DNA of 64,000 nt from an uncultured Actinomycetes bacterium (GCA_963756925.1 CAVWPL010000006.1:38020-102019), one strand, 5' to 3'; shown: positions 10,088 to 20,256, counted from the stretch's first letter. Program-made: numbers and translations. The notes: generated by a model not told the origin, from the letters alone.

Positions 10088-10681
10088 TCAGCCTCTGTAC
10101 TGGAGATCGCGCCAGGACGGGACGGGAGCGAGCTCGAGAAGCGTGCGGCCCCCCTCCGGCTCTGCGTAGCCGAAGTCGCCCGTGTCGTCGATCCAGGAGA
10201 CGTCGAGCAGGCCCTCCTTCACTCGATGGTCGAGCCACGCGCCCCGGAAGACGAGCTTTCGCATCCAGTAGACAAGTGACTCGCCGTCGACGAGCGAGAC
10301 TCGTTCCCAGTGGCGGACGAGGTACAAGCCGAGCCCGCTGCGCGGGTCCTCGATTCGGCCGTCCGCGACCAGCTCGACGAGATCGGCAGCCTCGTCCTCG
10401 TCGAGGTCGTTCGACCCGATGAGGTCGAGCCGCACTGCAGCGGCGGTCACCCGTTGCTCGAAGTCGTCGGCGTTGAACTCGAACCGGTGGCCCAGGAACT
10501 CGACGACGAAGTCGTCTCCCGAGCGATAGTTGGCCGCGAGCACGCGTTTCAGGGTATCTGGAGGTTGCTTGCCGAGGCGATGAGCGAGTTCGCGCTCAAT
10601 CGGCACTCTGGGATTGTTATGGCAGTCGGTCGTGGTCGGCGACCGCTCTCTGGCTCGTCGTGGTGCGCTGCTCGTGACCAC
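10088..10681 (-). CDS. hypothetical protein
   Basis: 197-aa ORF convergent with the ruvB-downstream ORF. The composition looks like a real protein (DFVVEFLGHRFEFNADDFEQRV..., LYLVRHWERVSLVDGESLVYWMRKLVFRG). No family recognised. Confidence 0.5.
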   Translation of the reverse strand: MVTSSAPRRARERSPTTTDCHNNPRVPIERELAHRLGKQPPDTLKRVLAANYRSGDDFVVEFLGHRFEFNADDFEQRVTAAAVRLDLIGSNDLDEDEAADLVELVADGRIEDPRSGLGLYLVRHWERVSLVDGESLVYWMRKLVFRGAWLDHRVKEGLLDVSWIDDTGDFGYAEPEGGRTLLELAPVPSWRDLQYRG

Positions 10682-10697
10682 GTACTCGCTCGAGCAG

Positions 10698-10811
10698 ATG
10701 GCGTACTACACGCCCATCGCCGTCGTCGTGGTCGGCGCGACCGCCGGGATCGTTCTTCTCTGGGTCAAGATCGTGTTGGACTCCGTTCGTCGCCGCCACG
10801 ACGAACGCTGA
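10698..10811 (+). CDS. possible 37-aa single-pass membrane peptide with Arg-rich tail
   Basis: An internal ATG at 10698 of ORF 10614..10811 gives MAYYTPIAVVVVGATAGIVLLWVKIVLDSVRRRHDER. It lies just upstream of recJ. Support is weak. Confidence 0.2.
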   Translation: MAYYTPIAVVVVGATAGIVLLWVKIVLDSVRRRHDER

Positions 10812-10844
10812 TCTCGTCCGAAGCTGTCCCTAACGTCATCCGTC

Positions 10845-12720
10845 ATGGCGGGTGTGTGGACGATTGCCGAGCTCGACGCGTCGGCTGCCGGCGAGCTCCA
10901 GCGAGAGCTTGGGCTGAGTGCGGTGACCGCCGCCGTTCTCACACGCCGCGGATACCACGATCCCGACGCCGCCCGAAGCTTTCTCGACGCCGAGCTTCCA
11001 GGGTACGACCCGTACCAACTCGGCGACATGACACAGGCCGTCGAGTGCATCAGGGCTGCAATCGCCGCCGAGAAGCGCATCTGCGTGCACGGCGACTACG
11101 ACGTGGACGGCATCTGCGCGACTGCGCTTGCCGTGCTCCTCCTCCGAGAGCTCGGAGCCGATGTGGTTTGGCATCTACCGAGTCGCTTCGAGGAGGGCTA
11201 CGGGGTCTCGACGGACACGCTCGAACGGCTTGCTGCCGAGGGAGTGGAACTCGTCATCACCGTCGACTGTGGGATCACCGCGGTGGACGAGGTCGCTGCG
11301 GCGAAGGCACTCGGTCTCGAGGTGGTCGTGACCGACCACCACCGGCCCGGTGCCGTGCTACCCGACTGCCCGGTTGTCGCGACCCGCCCATCGTCCTACC
11401 CGTTTCCCGAGTTGTGCGGAACCGGCGTCGTGCACAAGCTCGGGGAAGCGCTGCTCGGGCCGGAGCACCCCTTTGTTCGCGGCCACCTCGATCTCGTGGC
11501 GCTCGCGACGATTGCGGACGTCGTTCCACTCGTGGACGAGAATCGCGCGCTTGTCGCTGCTGGGCTTCGTGTCCTGGCATGTACGCGACGGCCCGGCCTG
11601 CAGGCGTTGTTCAAGAGCGCGCGGGTCGATGCAGCGGCTATCGACGCGTCGTCGATCGGCTTCCGCCTGGGGCCGAGGATCAACGCGGCAGGGCGGCTCG
11701 GTCGCCCGGACATCGCCCTCGAGCTGATCCTGACCGACGACGACTCCCGTGCGAAGGAGCTCGCGACGGAGCTCGAGGACCTGAACCGTGAGCGGCAGGT
11801 GATCGAGGATCGCATCGTGCGCGAAGCCGTCGCACTGGTCGAGTCGCTTCCCGATCGGGAGCGCGAGCGTCATGGGTACGTCCTTGCGAACGAGGACTGG
11901 CATGTGGGTGTGATCGGGATCGTCGCGTCGAGGCTGGTCGAGCGCTTCAACCGACCGGTGATCCTGATCACGGGCGGCGCGGACGAGTGGAAGGGCTCGG
12001 GTCGGTCCATCGCGAGCTTCGACCTCCATGGCGCGCTCGCGTCGTGCTCCGACCATCTCGAGCGTTTCGGTGGCCACCGCGCGGCGGCGGGGCTGTCGAT
12101 CGACCCGGCCAACATCGAGGCGTTCGCAGAGGCCTTCGCAATCCAGGCCGATGCTGCCCTGGACGAGATCGACGTTCAACCGGTGACCGAGGTCGATGCG
12201 CTCGTCTCGGCCCAGGATCTCACGCTGTCGCTCGCGCAGGAGCTCGCGCGCCTCGCTCCCTTCGGGCTCGGGAACCGCGACGTGACGCTCCTGATTCCCG
12301 CGTGCGAGGCGGTCGTGCCGTCGACGGTCGGTGACGGCAAGCACCTGCGCTTCCGCGTTCGCCAGCACGGCTGGGACGCGGGGAGCGCCATCGCCTTCGG
12401 ACAGGGCGCGCAACTCGATCGCCTTCGTTAGCGAGAGCCGCTTCGACGTCGCCTGTCGTCTGAAGGAGAACCACTGGAACGGGACCGTTGCGCCGCAACT
12501 GGTCGTGCGGCGACTCTTCGATACCCCCGAGGGTTACGACGCGCTGCGCGAGCGGCTCGCTTCGCTTTGGCGGGAGGGCGAAGTTGCCTGGACGCCCGAT
12601 GCGCGGAGGGTCTTCGCGGAGCTCGGGCTCGATGCGTCGCCGGAGCAACGTCGCCAGCTTCTCGAGTCGGAGACGTTCCGTGGGCTGCTCGAGCGAGCAG
12701 CTCTACCTCGGGCCGCGTGA
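10845..12720 (+). CDS. recJ: single-stranded-DNA-specific exonuclease RecJ (frame broken near 12418)
   Basis: DHH motifs: VHGDYDVDGICA, ITVDCG, VVVTDHH. DHHA1 motif: GGHRAAAGLS. The C-terminus continues in ORF 12331..12720 as SRFDVACRLKENHWNGTVAPQLVVRRLF. TAACGT at 10831-10836 lies 8 nt upstream of the ATG. Confidence 0.9.
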
Positions 12721-12895
12721 CCGGAAGGTCAGCCGAGCCCAGGGCGGGAGGGGACGAGCGCGTCCCGCATCGCAACGGCGAGCCTTCTCGCGCGACGTTG
12801 CCGGATCCAGCGTCTGAACGAGTCCATGGGATGCCGAAGTTCGCCGTCGTGCGCACGCTTCCTGCGCTTGAAGCGGTGTGCCGAAGGGCGCTAAG

Positions 12896-12901
12896 TACAC
12901 T
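12896..12901 (+). promoter_or_regulatory. putative -10 hexamer TACACT, 6 nt upstream of the rel ATG (leaderless-type)
   Basis: TACACT at 12896-12901, spacer cagcgt, ATG at 12908. Confidence 0.4.
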
Positions 12902-12907
12902 CAGCGT

Positions 12908-15109
12908 ATGAGCGTCCTCGACGCGAAACGACGTCATGAAGACCTGATCGAGGAGCTGATCGCTGGGGTCGAGTCGTATAACCCTGACGTCGACAAGGAT
13001 CTGCTGCGGCGATCGTTCGAGGCTGCCGAGAGGGCGCACGAAGGACAGTCGCGCCGTTCGGGGGAGGAGTTCATCCATCACCCACTCGGGGTTGCGCACA
13101 TCTGCGCCGACCTTCGTCTCGACGAACAGACGATCGCCGCGGCCCTTCTCCACGACGTGGTCGAGGACACGGGCTCCGACGTCGAGGAGATCCGCTCGGA
13201 GTTCGGCCCCGAGATCGCGCAGCTCGTGGAGGGAGTCACGAAGCTGACGCGGATCAGCTTCCAGAGCCGGGAGCAGGCCGAGGCCGAGAACTACCGGAAG
13301 ATGATCGTGGCCATGGCGCAGGACGTCCGCGTCATCCTGATCAAGCTCGCCGACCGACTCCACAACATGCGCACGATCGAGTACCTCGGCAAGCAGAAAC
13401 AGGCTCAAAAGGCGCGTGAGACGCTCGAGGTGTACGCGCCGCTCGCTCATCGGCTCGGGATTCACGCCCTCAAATGGGAGCTCGAGGATCTCTCCTTCCA
13501 GACGCTGCATCCACGCAAATACGCCGAGATCAAGGCGATGGTGGCCGACCAGCGCGCCGATCGGGAATCGCAGGCCGACAAGGCAGCGGAGATCCTGGGC
13601 GAGGAGTTGCGGAAGACGGACGTGCCCGCAGACATCACGGGTCGCGCGAAGCACCTCTACTCGATCTACGACAAGATGGCGAAGCGCGGCCGGGAGTTCA
13701 ACGAGATCTACGACCTCACCGCGATGCGCGTCATCTGCGAGCGGTCCGGCGAGGACGGGACGCGAGACTGCTACCAGGCGCTCGGGCTCGTGCACTCCCT
13801 CTGGAAGCCGATGCCGGGGCGGTTCAAGGACTTCATCGCGATGCCGAAGCTGAACCGCTACCGCTCGTTGCACACGACAGTGATCGGGCCGGAGGGGAAG
13901 CCGCTCGAGATCCAGGTGCGCACCCGCGCGATGCACGAGGAAGCCGAGTACGGCGTCGCGGCTCACTGGGTCTACAAGCGTGGCCGCGGAGCCAAGGCGG
14001 ACGACGAATGGCTCATCTGGGTCAAGTCGCTCATGGACTGGCAGGCGGACGAGCAGGACCCGGGCGAGTACATGCGCACGCTGCGCACGGACCTCTTCGC
14101 CGACGAGGTGTACGTCTTCACGCCGAAGGGCGAGGTGAAGGTGCTGCCGTCGAATGCGACCCCGATCGACTTCGCGTACGCCGTTCACACCGATGTCGGC
14201 CACCGCACCGTCGGTGCGAAGGTGAACGGGCGCATCGTCCCGCTCCACTATCGATTGAAGAACGGCGACTTCGTCGAGATCCTGACCTCGAAGTCGGGCC
14301 GCGGGCCTTCTCGCGACTGGCTGGCGCTGGCCACGTCTTCACGCGCGCGAAACAAGATCCGGCAGTGGTACCAGCGCGAGACCCGCGGCGAGACCGAGGC
14401 GAAGGGGCGCCAGCTTCTCGACCAGGCGCTCAAGGCCCAGAACCTGCCGTACCGAAAGCTCCAGGGCTCGAGCGTCCTCGCGCAGGTGATTCGCGAGACG
14501 GGGTTCAGAAAGGCCGAGGACTTCTACGTCGCGCTCGGAGCGGGCAAGCTCCAGCCGGGTCAGATCGTCAACAAGGTTCTCCAGCGGCTCAAGACCGACG
14601 AGGTCACCGACGAGCGCGCGATTACGACGAAGCCGCCGCGGACGAGGGCGGTGTCGAGCACACGGGTCGGCATCAACGTGGTCGGTGTCGAGGACGTGCT
14701 CGTCCGCCTCGCGAAGTGCTGCACTCCGGTCCCCGGAGATCCGATCGTCGGCTACATCTCGCTCGGTCGGGGAATCACGGTTCACCGTGACGACTGCCCG
14801 AACGTCAAGGCGCTCCAGCGCAATCCAGAGCGGTTCACCGACGTCGAGTGGGAGGGTGGCGCGTCGTCCGGCTTTCTCGTCCAGATCGCGGTCGATGCGT
14901 GGGATCGTTCGCGGCTCCTGGAGGACGTCGCGCGGACGTTCGCGGAGCACGGGTCGAACATCGTCTCGTACGGAGGCGTCGTTCAGGACGGCATGGCACG
15001 CAACTGGTACACGGCCGAGGTCGGCGAGGTGAAGGACCTTCGCTCGCTTCTCACAGCTTTGCGGAATCTCGAAGCCGTGTTCGACGCCTACCGCGTCACG
15101 CCGTCGTAA
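12908..15109 (+). CDS. rel: bifunctional (p)ppGpp synthetase/hydrolase RelA/SpoT family
   Basis: HD hydrolase motif (HPLGVAHI...LLHDVVEDT), synthetase motif (RAKHLYSIYDKM...DLTAMRVI...YRSLHTTV), TGS domain (VFTPKGEVKVLPSNATPIDFAYAVHTDVG) and a C-terminal ACT-like domain. Start chosen at the internal ATG 12908 of ORF 12878..15109. Confidence 0.93.
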   Translation: MSVLDAKRRHEDLIEELIAGVESYNPDVDKDLLRRSFEAAERAHEGQSRRSGEEFIHHPLGVAHICADLRLDEQTIAAALLHDVVEDTGSDVEEIRSEFGPEIAQLVEGVTKLTRISFQSREQAEAENYRKMIVAMAQDVRVILIKLADRLHNMRTIEYLGKQKQAQKARETLEVYAPLAHRLGIHALKWELEDLSFQTLHPRKYAEIKAMVADQRADRESQADKAAEILGEELRKTDVPADITGRAKHLYSIYDKMAKRGREFNEIYDLTAMRVICERSGEDGTRDCYQALGLVHSLWKPMPGRFKDFIAMPKLNRYRSLHTTVIGPEGKPLEIQVRTRAMHEEAEYGVAAHWVYKRGRGAKADDEWLIWVKSLMDWQADEQDPGEYMRTLRTDLFADEVYVFTPKGEVKVLPSNATPIDFAYAVHTDVGHRTVGAKVNGRIVPLHYRLKNGDFVEILTSKSGRGPSRDWLALATSSRARNKIRQWYQRETRGETEAKGRQLLDQALKAQNLPYRKLQGSSVLAQVIRETGFRKAEDFYVALGAGKLQPGQIVNKVLQRLKTDEVTDERAITTKPPRTRAVSSTRVGINVVGVEDVLVRLAKCCTPVPGDPIVGYISLGRGITVHRDDCPNVKALQRNPERFTDVEWEGGASSGFLVQIAVDAWDRSRLLEDVARTFAEHGSNIVSYGGVVQDGMARNWYTAEVGEVKDLRSLLTALRNLEAVFDAYRVTPS

Positions 15110-15112
15110 CGG

Positions 15113-15757
15113 TCAGGCGAGCGGCCAGCCGGGGAGGTCGCGGAGGGAAGCCAGGTCGTCGTCCGTGCTGGCGGTGTCTGCAAACTCCGGCCTGAGCTCG
15201 AGCGCGCGCGCGAGATGCTCGAGAGATTCGGTCGTGCGTCCGGCGAGAGCCTCGGCGCACGCGAGGTTGTAGAGGGTCGCCGGATGGTCCGGGCGGCGTT
15301 CGAGAGCGGTGGCGAGCTCGGCCATGTATGCGTCGTAGTCGCCGGCTGTGCGATGCCTCTCGGCCGCGAAGTAGTCCTCCCAGGGCGACGGCTCGTACGC
15401 TTGCCCTCTGGGCCCGCCGACTGCGAGGACCGCGGTTCCAGGTTCCTCGGCGCGGGCGTAGCGCTTGACCTCCGGTTCGCGTACGAAGACGACTGTTCCT
15501 GCCGGAGCATCGAGCGACTCCTCGTCGAGGGTGAACGTCGCGCGCCCCGCAAGCACGATGTAGACCTCCTCGTGGCCGAGCGCCTGCTCCGAGTGCTCCT
15601 CGACGATGTCGTCTCCCGCGTTCCGCGCGACGTACGCGTTGATCCCGAACGCACCGATGTCGAGTGTCCTTCGGACGGGTCGCCAAAGGAGCTTGCCGTC
15701 GACAACCGGGATCGGCTCGATCTCATCGAGTGAGAGACTCGTCCAACCCTCGGCCAC
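15113..15757 (-). CDS. cupin domain protein with C-terminal helical (TPR-like) region
   Basis: 214-aa ORF. The cupin-like core is GDDIVEEHSEQALGHEEVYIVLAGRATFTLDEE...AGTVVFV. The C-terminal helical repeat is PATLYNLACAEALAGRTTESLEHLARALEL. Confidence 0.65.
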   Translation of the reverse strand: MAEGWTSLSLDEIEPIPVVDGKLLWRPVRRTLDIGAFGINAYVARNAGDDIVEEHSEQALGHEEVYIVLAGRATFTLDEESLDAPAGTVVFVREPEVKRYARAEEPGTAVLAVGGPRGQAYEPSPWEDYFAAERHRTAGDYDAYMAELATALERRPDHPATLYNLACAEALAGRTTESLEHLARALELRPEFADTASTDDDLASLRDLPGWPLA

Positions 15758-15783
15758 GACGCCGACTGTACCCAGGAACGACC

Positions 15784-15804
15784 GAAGGCCGCTGTGCGGC
15801 CTTC
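15784..15804 (-). terminator. perfect 9-bp GC-rich hairpin downstream of the HtrA-like gene
   Basis: GAAGGCCGC-TGT-GCGGCCTTC at 15784-15804, in the 190-nt gap after the stop of the minus-strand protease gene. No clear U-tract. Confidence 0.4.
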
Positions 15805-15946
15805 GAAAGGTGTTGCCGGTGTCGTTACTTCGCCGTCCGTCTACACGAAAAGCTCCGTTCCTCGGGTCGAGCGCGATCGTTTGCGCTCACTGGTGTCATC
15901 GAACCACCGGCCCGTGAGAGGGACCTGAGACGGGGAGAAGAAGTCG

Positions 15947-17137
15947 CTAAGAAGGACGACTTGCGAGCGTGACCTCGACGGTCTGGCGCTTGCCGTCACG
16001 GACGACCGTGATCGAGACCTTCTCACCGGGACGCTTGGCGTCGATCGCGCTCTGGAGCTCGGCCGAGCTAGAGATCGACTTCCCGTCGATCGCGACGACG
16101 ACATCACCGCCCGAGGGAACCTCTTCTCCGTCGACGGTGGTCGTTCCCGTGGCCGCGCGGAGATCTGCGTCCTCAGCAGGCGTTCCGCTCCTCACCTCGG
16201 TGATGACGATGCCCTCGGAGGTCGCGACCATCGTGATCCCCAGATAGGCATGGTCGACGCTCCCGTTCTCGAGCAGCTGCGCGACGATGGAGCGCACGGT
16301 GTTCGACGGAATCGCGAAGCCGATGCCGACGTTTCCTCCGGACTCGCTCTCGATTTGAGCGTTGACGCCGACGACGCGACCGGTCGTGTCGATGAGGGGT
16401 CCGCCGGAGTTCCCGTGATTGATCGCGGCATCGGTCTGGATCGAGTCGGTGATCGTGAAGTTGTTGGGGGCGGTCATCTGGCGGTGTAGCGCGCTCACGA
16501 TTCCGCTCGTCAAGGTTCCCTCGAGGCCGAATGGGCTTCCCAGTGCCACGACGGCGTCACCGACGGCGAGGGCGCTCGAGTTGCCGAGCCGCAGTGGCTC
16601 GAGCACCGAGGCCGGCGCATCGACCGTCAACACTGCGAGATCGGTCGACGGGTCGGTGCCGACGAGCTTCGCCGGGTAGCTCTTCCCATTCCAGAGCCGG
16701 ACGGAGATCGATCCGGCGCCGTCGACGACATGCTGATTCGTGACGATCGTGCCCTCGCGGTCGAGGACGAACCCCGACCCCTGCGCTTGCTGCTGCTGTT
16801 GATCGCCGAATGAGGACTCCGCCACACCGCTTGCCGTGATCTCGACGACGCCTCTGTGCGACCTCGCGTAGACGTCGGCGAACGAGAGCCCGGTCGTTCG
16901 CGAAGCGGGCTCGGAGCTGTCGACGGTCACTTCCCGCACCGTCGACTCGGGATCGTCGGCGAGCACCGCATACGTCGCGGCGCCGACGCCCGCTCCAAGT
17001 GCGGTTGCCGCGCACAGGGCGGCGGCGATCGTTCCGATTCGACGGGTGCTGTTTGGCATGGGTGACATGGCAGCCGCGCCGGCTAAAGAGTGCCTGAGAG
17101 ACTGGTAAGAACTCACTAAGTAACGCAGTTGCAGCAC
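15947..17137 (-). CDS. HtrA/DegP-type trypsin-like serine protease with PDZ domain (PepD-like)
   Basis: N-terminal membrane anchor: [25 protein letters not shown]. Catalytic triad contexts: [10 protein letters not shown] (His), TDLAVLTV (Asp), GNSGGPLID (Ser). C-terminal PDZ-like region: [22 protein letters not shown]. The start may be the internal ATG at 17068. Confidence 0.85.
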   Translation of the reverse strand: MLQLRYLVSSYQSLRHSLAGAAAMSPMPNSTRRIGTIAAALCAATALGAGVGAATYAVLADDPESTVREVTVDSSEPASRTTGLSFADVYARSHRGVVEITASGVAESSFGDQQQQQAQGSGFVLDREGTIVTNQHVVDGAGSISVRLWNGKSYPAKLVGTDPSTDLAVLTVDAPASVLEPLRLGNSSALAVGDAVVALGSPFGLEGTLTSGIVSALHRQMTAPNNFTITDSIQTDAAINHGNSGGPLIDTTGRVVGVNAQIESESGGNVGIGFAIPSNTVRSIVAQLLENGSVDHAYLGITMVATSEGIVITEVRSGTPAEDADLRAATGTTTVDGEEVPSGGDVVVAIDGKSISSSAELQSAIDAKRPGEKVSITVVRDGKRQTVEVTLASRPS

Positions 17138-17181
17138 CGATCGTCGCGCACAATGCCGCTGATGTCGATGCTTGGCACCTC

Positions 17182-17856
17182 ATGAGAGTCTTCGTCGTCG
17201 ACGACGAGCCGGCCGTTCGCGAGTCGCTCCGGCGCGCCCTCGAGCTCGAGGGCTACGACGTGGAGCTCGCGGGAGACGGCGAGGAGGCACTCGAGCGCCT
17301 CGAGCGCAACGTCGAACCGGACGCCATGATCCTGGACGTTCTCATGCCCGGGATCGACGGGCTCGAGGTGTGCCGGCGCCTGCGGGCGTCCGCGAGCGAG
17401 ATCCCCATCTTGATGCTGACCGCTCGTGCGGAGGTGGATAGCCGGGTCGCCGGCCTCGACGCCGGAGCCGACGACTACCTGTCGAAGCCGTTCGCCCTGG
17501 CCGAGCTCCTCGCACGGCTCCGTGCACTCTTGCGCCGCGCCGCGGGCGACTCCGTCGAGCGGCTTCGGTTCGCAGACCTCGAGCTCGACCCCGGGACTCG
17601 TGAGGTCGTGCGTGGCAGCGATCTCATCGAGTTGACCCGCACCGAATTCTCACTGCTCGAGCTCTTCTTGCGTAACCCTCGCCAGGTTCTGACGAGGTCC
17701 ATCATCTTCGAGCGGGTGTGGGGCTTCGACTTCGGCCCGACGTCCAACTCTCTCGACGTGTACATCGGCTACCTGCGGCGCAAGACGGAGGCGGGCGGGA
17801 GGCCGCGCCTCATCCACACCGTGCGCGGTGTGGGGTACGCGCTTCGCGAGTCTTGA
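17182..17856 (+). CDS. OmpR/PhoB family response regulator (MprA-like)
   Basis: Canonical receiver: [32 protein letters not shown]. Winged helix: [11 protein letters not shown]...[11 protein letters not shown]...[11 protein letters not shown]. Divergent from the HtrA-like gene. Confidence 0.92.
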   Translation: MRVFVVDDEPAVRESLRRALELEGYDVELAGDGEEALERLERNVEPDAMILDVLMPGIDGLEVCRRLRASASEIPILMLTARAEVDSRVAGLDAGADDYLSKPFALAELLARLRALLRRAAGDSVERLRFADLELDPGTREVVRGSDLIELTRTEFSLLELFLRNPRQVLTRSIIFERVWGFDFGPTSNSLDVYIGYLRRKTEAGGRPRLIHTVRGVGYALRES

Positions 17857-17860
17857 GCCG

Positions 17861-19216
17861 ATGAGCTTTCGCGCCAGGATCGCCATCGCCGCGGCGAGTG
17901 CCGTGGCGCTCGCGGTGATCACGGCGAGCGCCGTCGTGTACCTCGTCGCGCGGGACCAACTGCGCGCTCCGATCGACGAGGCACTCGAGCGGCGCGCCGT
18001 CGAGATCACCCTGCACCCGCCGAGGTTGATCGAGACACCGGATGGCGAGTTGTTCCTGGGGGTGCGCCCCGAGTTCGGCGAGGCGAGAGGCTATGTCCAG
18101 CTCGTGAGAGCCGACGGCGCGGTGATCCAGCCCACAAGCCCGGGCCTCGAGCTCCCGGTCGACGCCGCCGTGCTCGAGATCGCGCGCCGGCAACGGAACG
18201 CGTCGTGGACGGACGCAAGCGTCGATGGGAAGCACCTTCGCGTGTTCACGTTTCCGTTCATCGGCGACTCGGCGGTGCAGATCGCGCGACCGCTCGCCGA
18301 GGTCGACCAGTCTCTCGAACGGCTCGGGCTGTTCTTGCTTCTCATCGCCGCCACCGGCGTTGCCGTGGCTGCCGTGCTCGGCCTCGCCGTATCGCGTACT
18401 GCGCTTGCACCGGTACGGCGTCTCACGGACACCGCCGAGCGGGTGACGCAGACCGGTGACCTCTCCGAGCGAATCGAGGTCGGTGGTCGCGACGAGCTCA
18501 GCAGTCTGGCGGCGAGCTTCAACAGCATGCTCGCGGCGCTCGAGGAGTCCACCCGGGCACAGCGCCAGCTCGTAGCGGACGCGTCGCACGAGCTGCGAAC
18601 GCCGCTCACGAGTCTGCGCACGAACATCGAGGTGCTTGCAAGCGATCGCGCTCTGCCTGGCGGCGAGCGCGGACGCCTCCTCACCGACGTGATCGAGCAG
18701 CTTGGCGAGATGACGACGCTGATCTCCGAGCTGATCGAGCTCGCCCGCGCGGAGCAGCAGATCACCGAGCCCGAGGAGGTGCGGCTCGACCTCGCCGCGT
18801 CCGAAGCTCTCGAGCGGGCACGTCGGAACCATCCGGAGATCACGTTCTCTTCCGCACTCGAGGAAACCGTCGTCAGCGGCGTCCCGTCGACCATCGAGCG
18901 GGCGATCGGCAATCTGCTCGACAACGCTGCGAAATGGAGCCAGGCGGGCGCCGAGGTCGAGCTCCGGGTTTCCGACGGAACCGTCACCGTGCGCGATCAC
19001 GGACCAGGCATCGCCGAGGAGGACCTCCCGTACGTGTTCGATCGGTTCTACCGCGCTCGAGCAGCTCGCGGGATGCCGGGATCGGGCCTCGGGCTTGCGA
19101 TCGTCCGACAGGTGGCGGAGGCGCACGGGGGCGAGGTAGCGGCTGAGCCCGCATCGGGCGGGGGAACGCGAATCACGCTTCGGCTCGACGGGCGGACGCA
19201 GGCGTTGCCTGCCTGA
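17861..19216 (+). CDS. sensor histidine kinase (MprB-like)
   Basis: Two transmembrane segments flank an extracytoplasmic loop and a HAMP-like region. H-box ASHELRTPLTSL, N-box LLDNAAKWS, G-boxes DHGPGI and GSGLGLAIV. Start taken at ATG 17861 within ORF 17828..19216. Confidence 0.9.
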   Translation: MSFRARIAIAAASAVALAVITASAVVYLVARDQLRAPIDEALERRAVEITLHPPRLIETPDGELFLGVRPEFGEARGYVQLVRADGAVIQPTSPGLELPVDAAVLEIARRQRNASWTDASVDGKHLRVFTFPFIGDSAVQIARPLAEVDQSLERLGLFLLLIAATGVAVAAVLGLAVSRTALAPVRRLTDTAERVTQTGDLSERIEVGGRDELSSLAASFNSMLAALEESTRAQRQLVADASHELRTPLTSLRTNIEVLASDRALPGGERGRLLTDVIEQLGEMTTLISELIELARAEQQITEPEEVRLDLAASEALERARRNHPEITFSSALEETVVSGVPSTIERAIGNLLDNAAKWSQAGAEVELRVSDGTVTVRDHGPGIAEEDLPYVFDRFYRARAARGMPGSGLGLAIVRQVAEAHGGEVAAEPASGGGTRITLRLDGRTQALPA

Positions 19217-19314
19217 CCGCTTTTACCGAGTTCTTAGCTCTCTCTAACGACGCTCTCAGCCCACTTTGGTTCGCTGCTACCCGTGTTCTCCGGACTTCGA
19301 CCAAGGAGCCAAGA

Positions 19315-20019
19315 ATGAACAGGAAGACGAAGATCGGAATCGTCGCCGGGACAGCGGCAGCGTTCGCCGTGGCCGGAGGTGGTGCTGCGGTTGCGGGAGA
19401 CGCGCTTTCGCGAGAGGACGAGAGCAAGGCCGTTATCGACGATGCAGCGAAGCAGCTCGGGGTCGAGCCGAGTGAGCTGAGCGCAGCGCTCAAGGAGGCG
19501 TTGCAGAACCGGGTCGATGAAGCGGTCGACGCCGGAACGCTCACCGCCGAGCAGGCTCGGGCGCTCAAGGCGCGCATCGAGGCAGCCGAGGTCCCGCTCC
19601 TCTTCGGAGGGCTTGGAGGTCGAGGATTCGGACCCTCGGATCACGCACACGTGCGCGGCTTCGAAGCAGCAGCATCGTTCCTTGGCCTGACCGAGGCGGA
19701 GCTCCAAGACGAGCTGGCAGAGAGCAAGAGCCTTGCCGACATCGCCAAGGCCGAGGGCAAGTCGGTCGCAGGTCTGGTTCGAGCACTCGTCGCCGATGCC
19801 GAGCAGAGACTCGACGACGCCGTGGACGATGGAAGGCTCACACAGGCGCAGGCTGATGTGATTCGCAACGACCTCGACGAACGGATCACGGCGCTCGTCA
19901 ACCGCGAGCCGGGCTCCGAGCGACGGCTTCGAGGACCGGAGTTTCGTGACCACGGCCTCGGAGGGGCACCCCACCCGTTCCGAGACGGCCCGCCTGGCTT
20001 CCCAGGACATCGCGCGTAA
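19315..20019 (+). CDS. secreted helical-repeat protein, hypothetical
   Basis: AAGGAG lies 8 nt upstream of the ATG. Signal or anchor: MNRKTKIGIVAGTAAAFAVAGGGAAVAG. An L-T-x-(E/A)-Q-A type helical motif recurs: GTLTAEQARALKARIE, GLTEAELQDELAES, GRLTQAQADVIRNDLDERI. It lies downstream of the two-component pair. Confidence 0.6.
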   Translation: MNRKTKIGIVAGTAAAFAVAGGGAAVAGDALSREDESKAVIDDAAKQLGVEPSELSAALKEALQNRVDEAVDAGTLTAEQARALKARIEAAEVPLLFGGLGGRGFGPSDHAHVRGFEAAASFLGLTEAELQDELAESKSLADIAKAEGKSVAGLVRALVADAEQRLDDAVDDGRLTQAQADVIRNDLDERITALVNREPGSERRLRGPEFRDHGLGGAPHPFRDGPPGFPGHRA

Positions 20020-20049
20020 CGCGCCGCGCCTGCCACCACTGCCCGGAAA

Positions 20050-20086
20050 CCGCCTCGATCGAGGGATCGTCCCTCGATCGAGGCGG
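20050..20086 (+). terminator. perfect 17-bp inverted repeat (hairpin) after the 19315..20019 gene
   Basis: CCGCCTCGATCGAGGGA-TCG-TCCCTCGATCGAGGCGG at 20050-20086, 30 nt after the stop codon. Confidence 0.5.
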
Positions 20087-20256
20087 GGTAACTCGTCCGA
20101 GGGATTGCATCCCCCAAAGGCGTGACTACAAGGAGAGGAGGGGAGAGGGGAAGGGAGCCGCGCGCTCGCTTCGGCGGGCGCGCGGTGCATCTCGATCCCC
20201 ACCGGTCGAGCCTGCGCCCCTCCCCCCGGCCTCATTCGGAGGCGATACGGCGAGGG

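Noticed and set aside
8170-10422. 750-aa ORF, the longest in this region.
   Set aside because: It is Arg/Ala/Pro/Ser-rich with no motifs. It runs off-frame across ruvA and ruvB, which have unambiguous signatures. This is a GC-driven artefact, apart from the short segment after ruvB that is reported separately.
12428-14248. 606-aa minus-strand ORF antisense to rel. Similar cases are 10310..11791, 11358..12413, 22593..24308, 24318..25580, 44293..45999 and 57542..58756.
   Set aside because: Each lies antisense or off-frame to a gene with strong family motifs and has low-complexity R/A/G/P/E composition. Long spurious ORFs are expected at this GC content.
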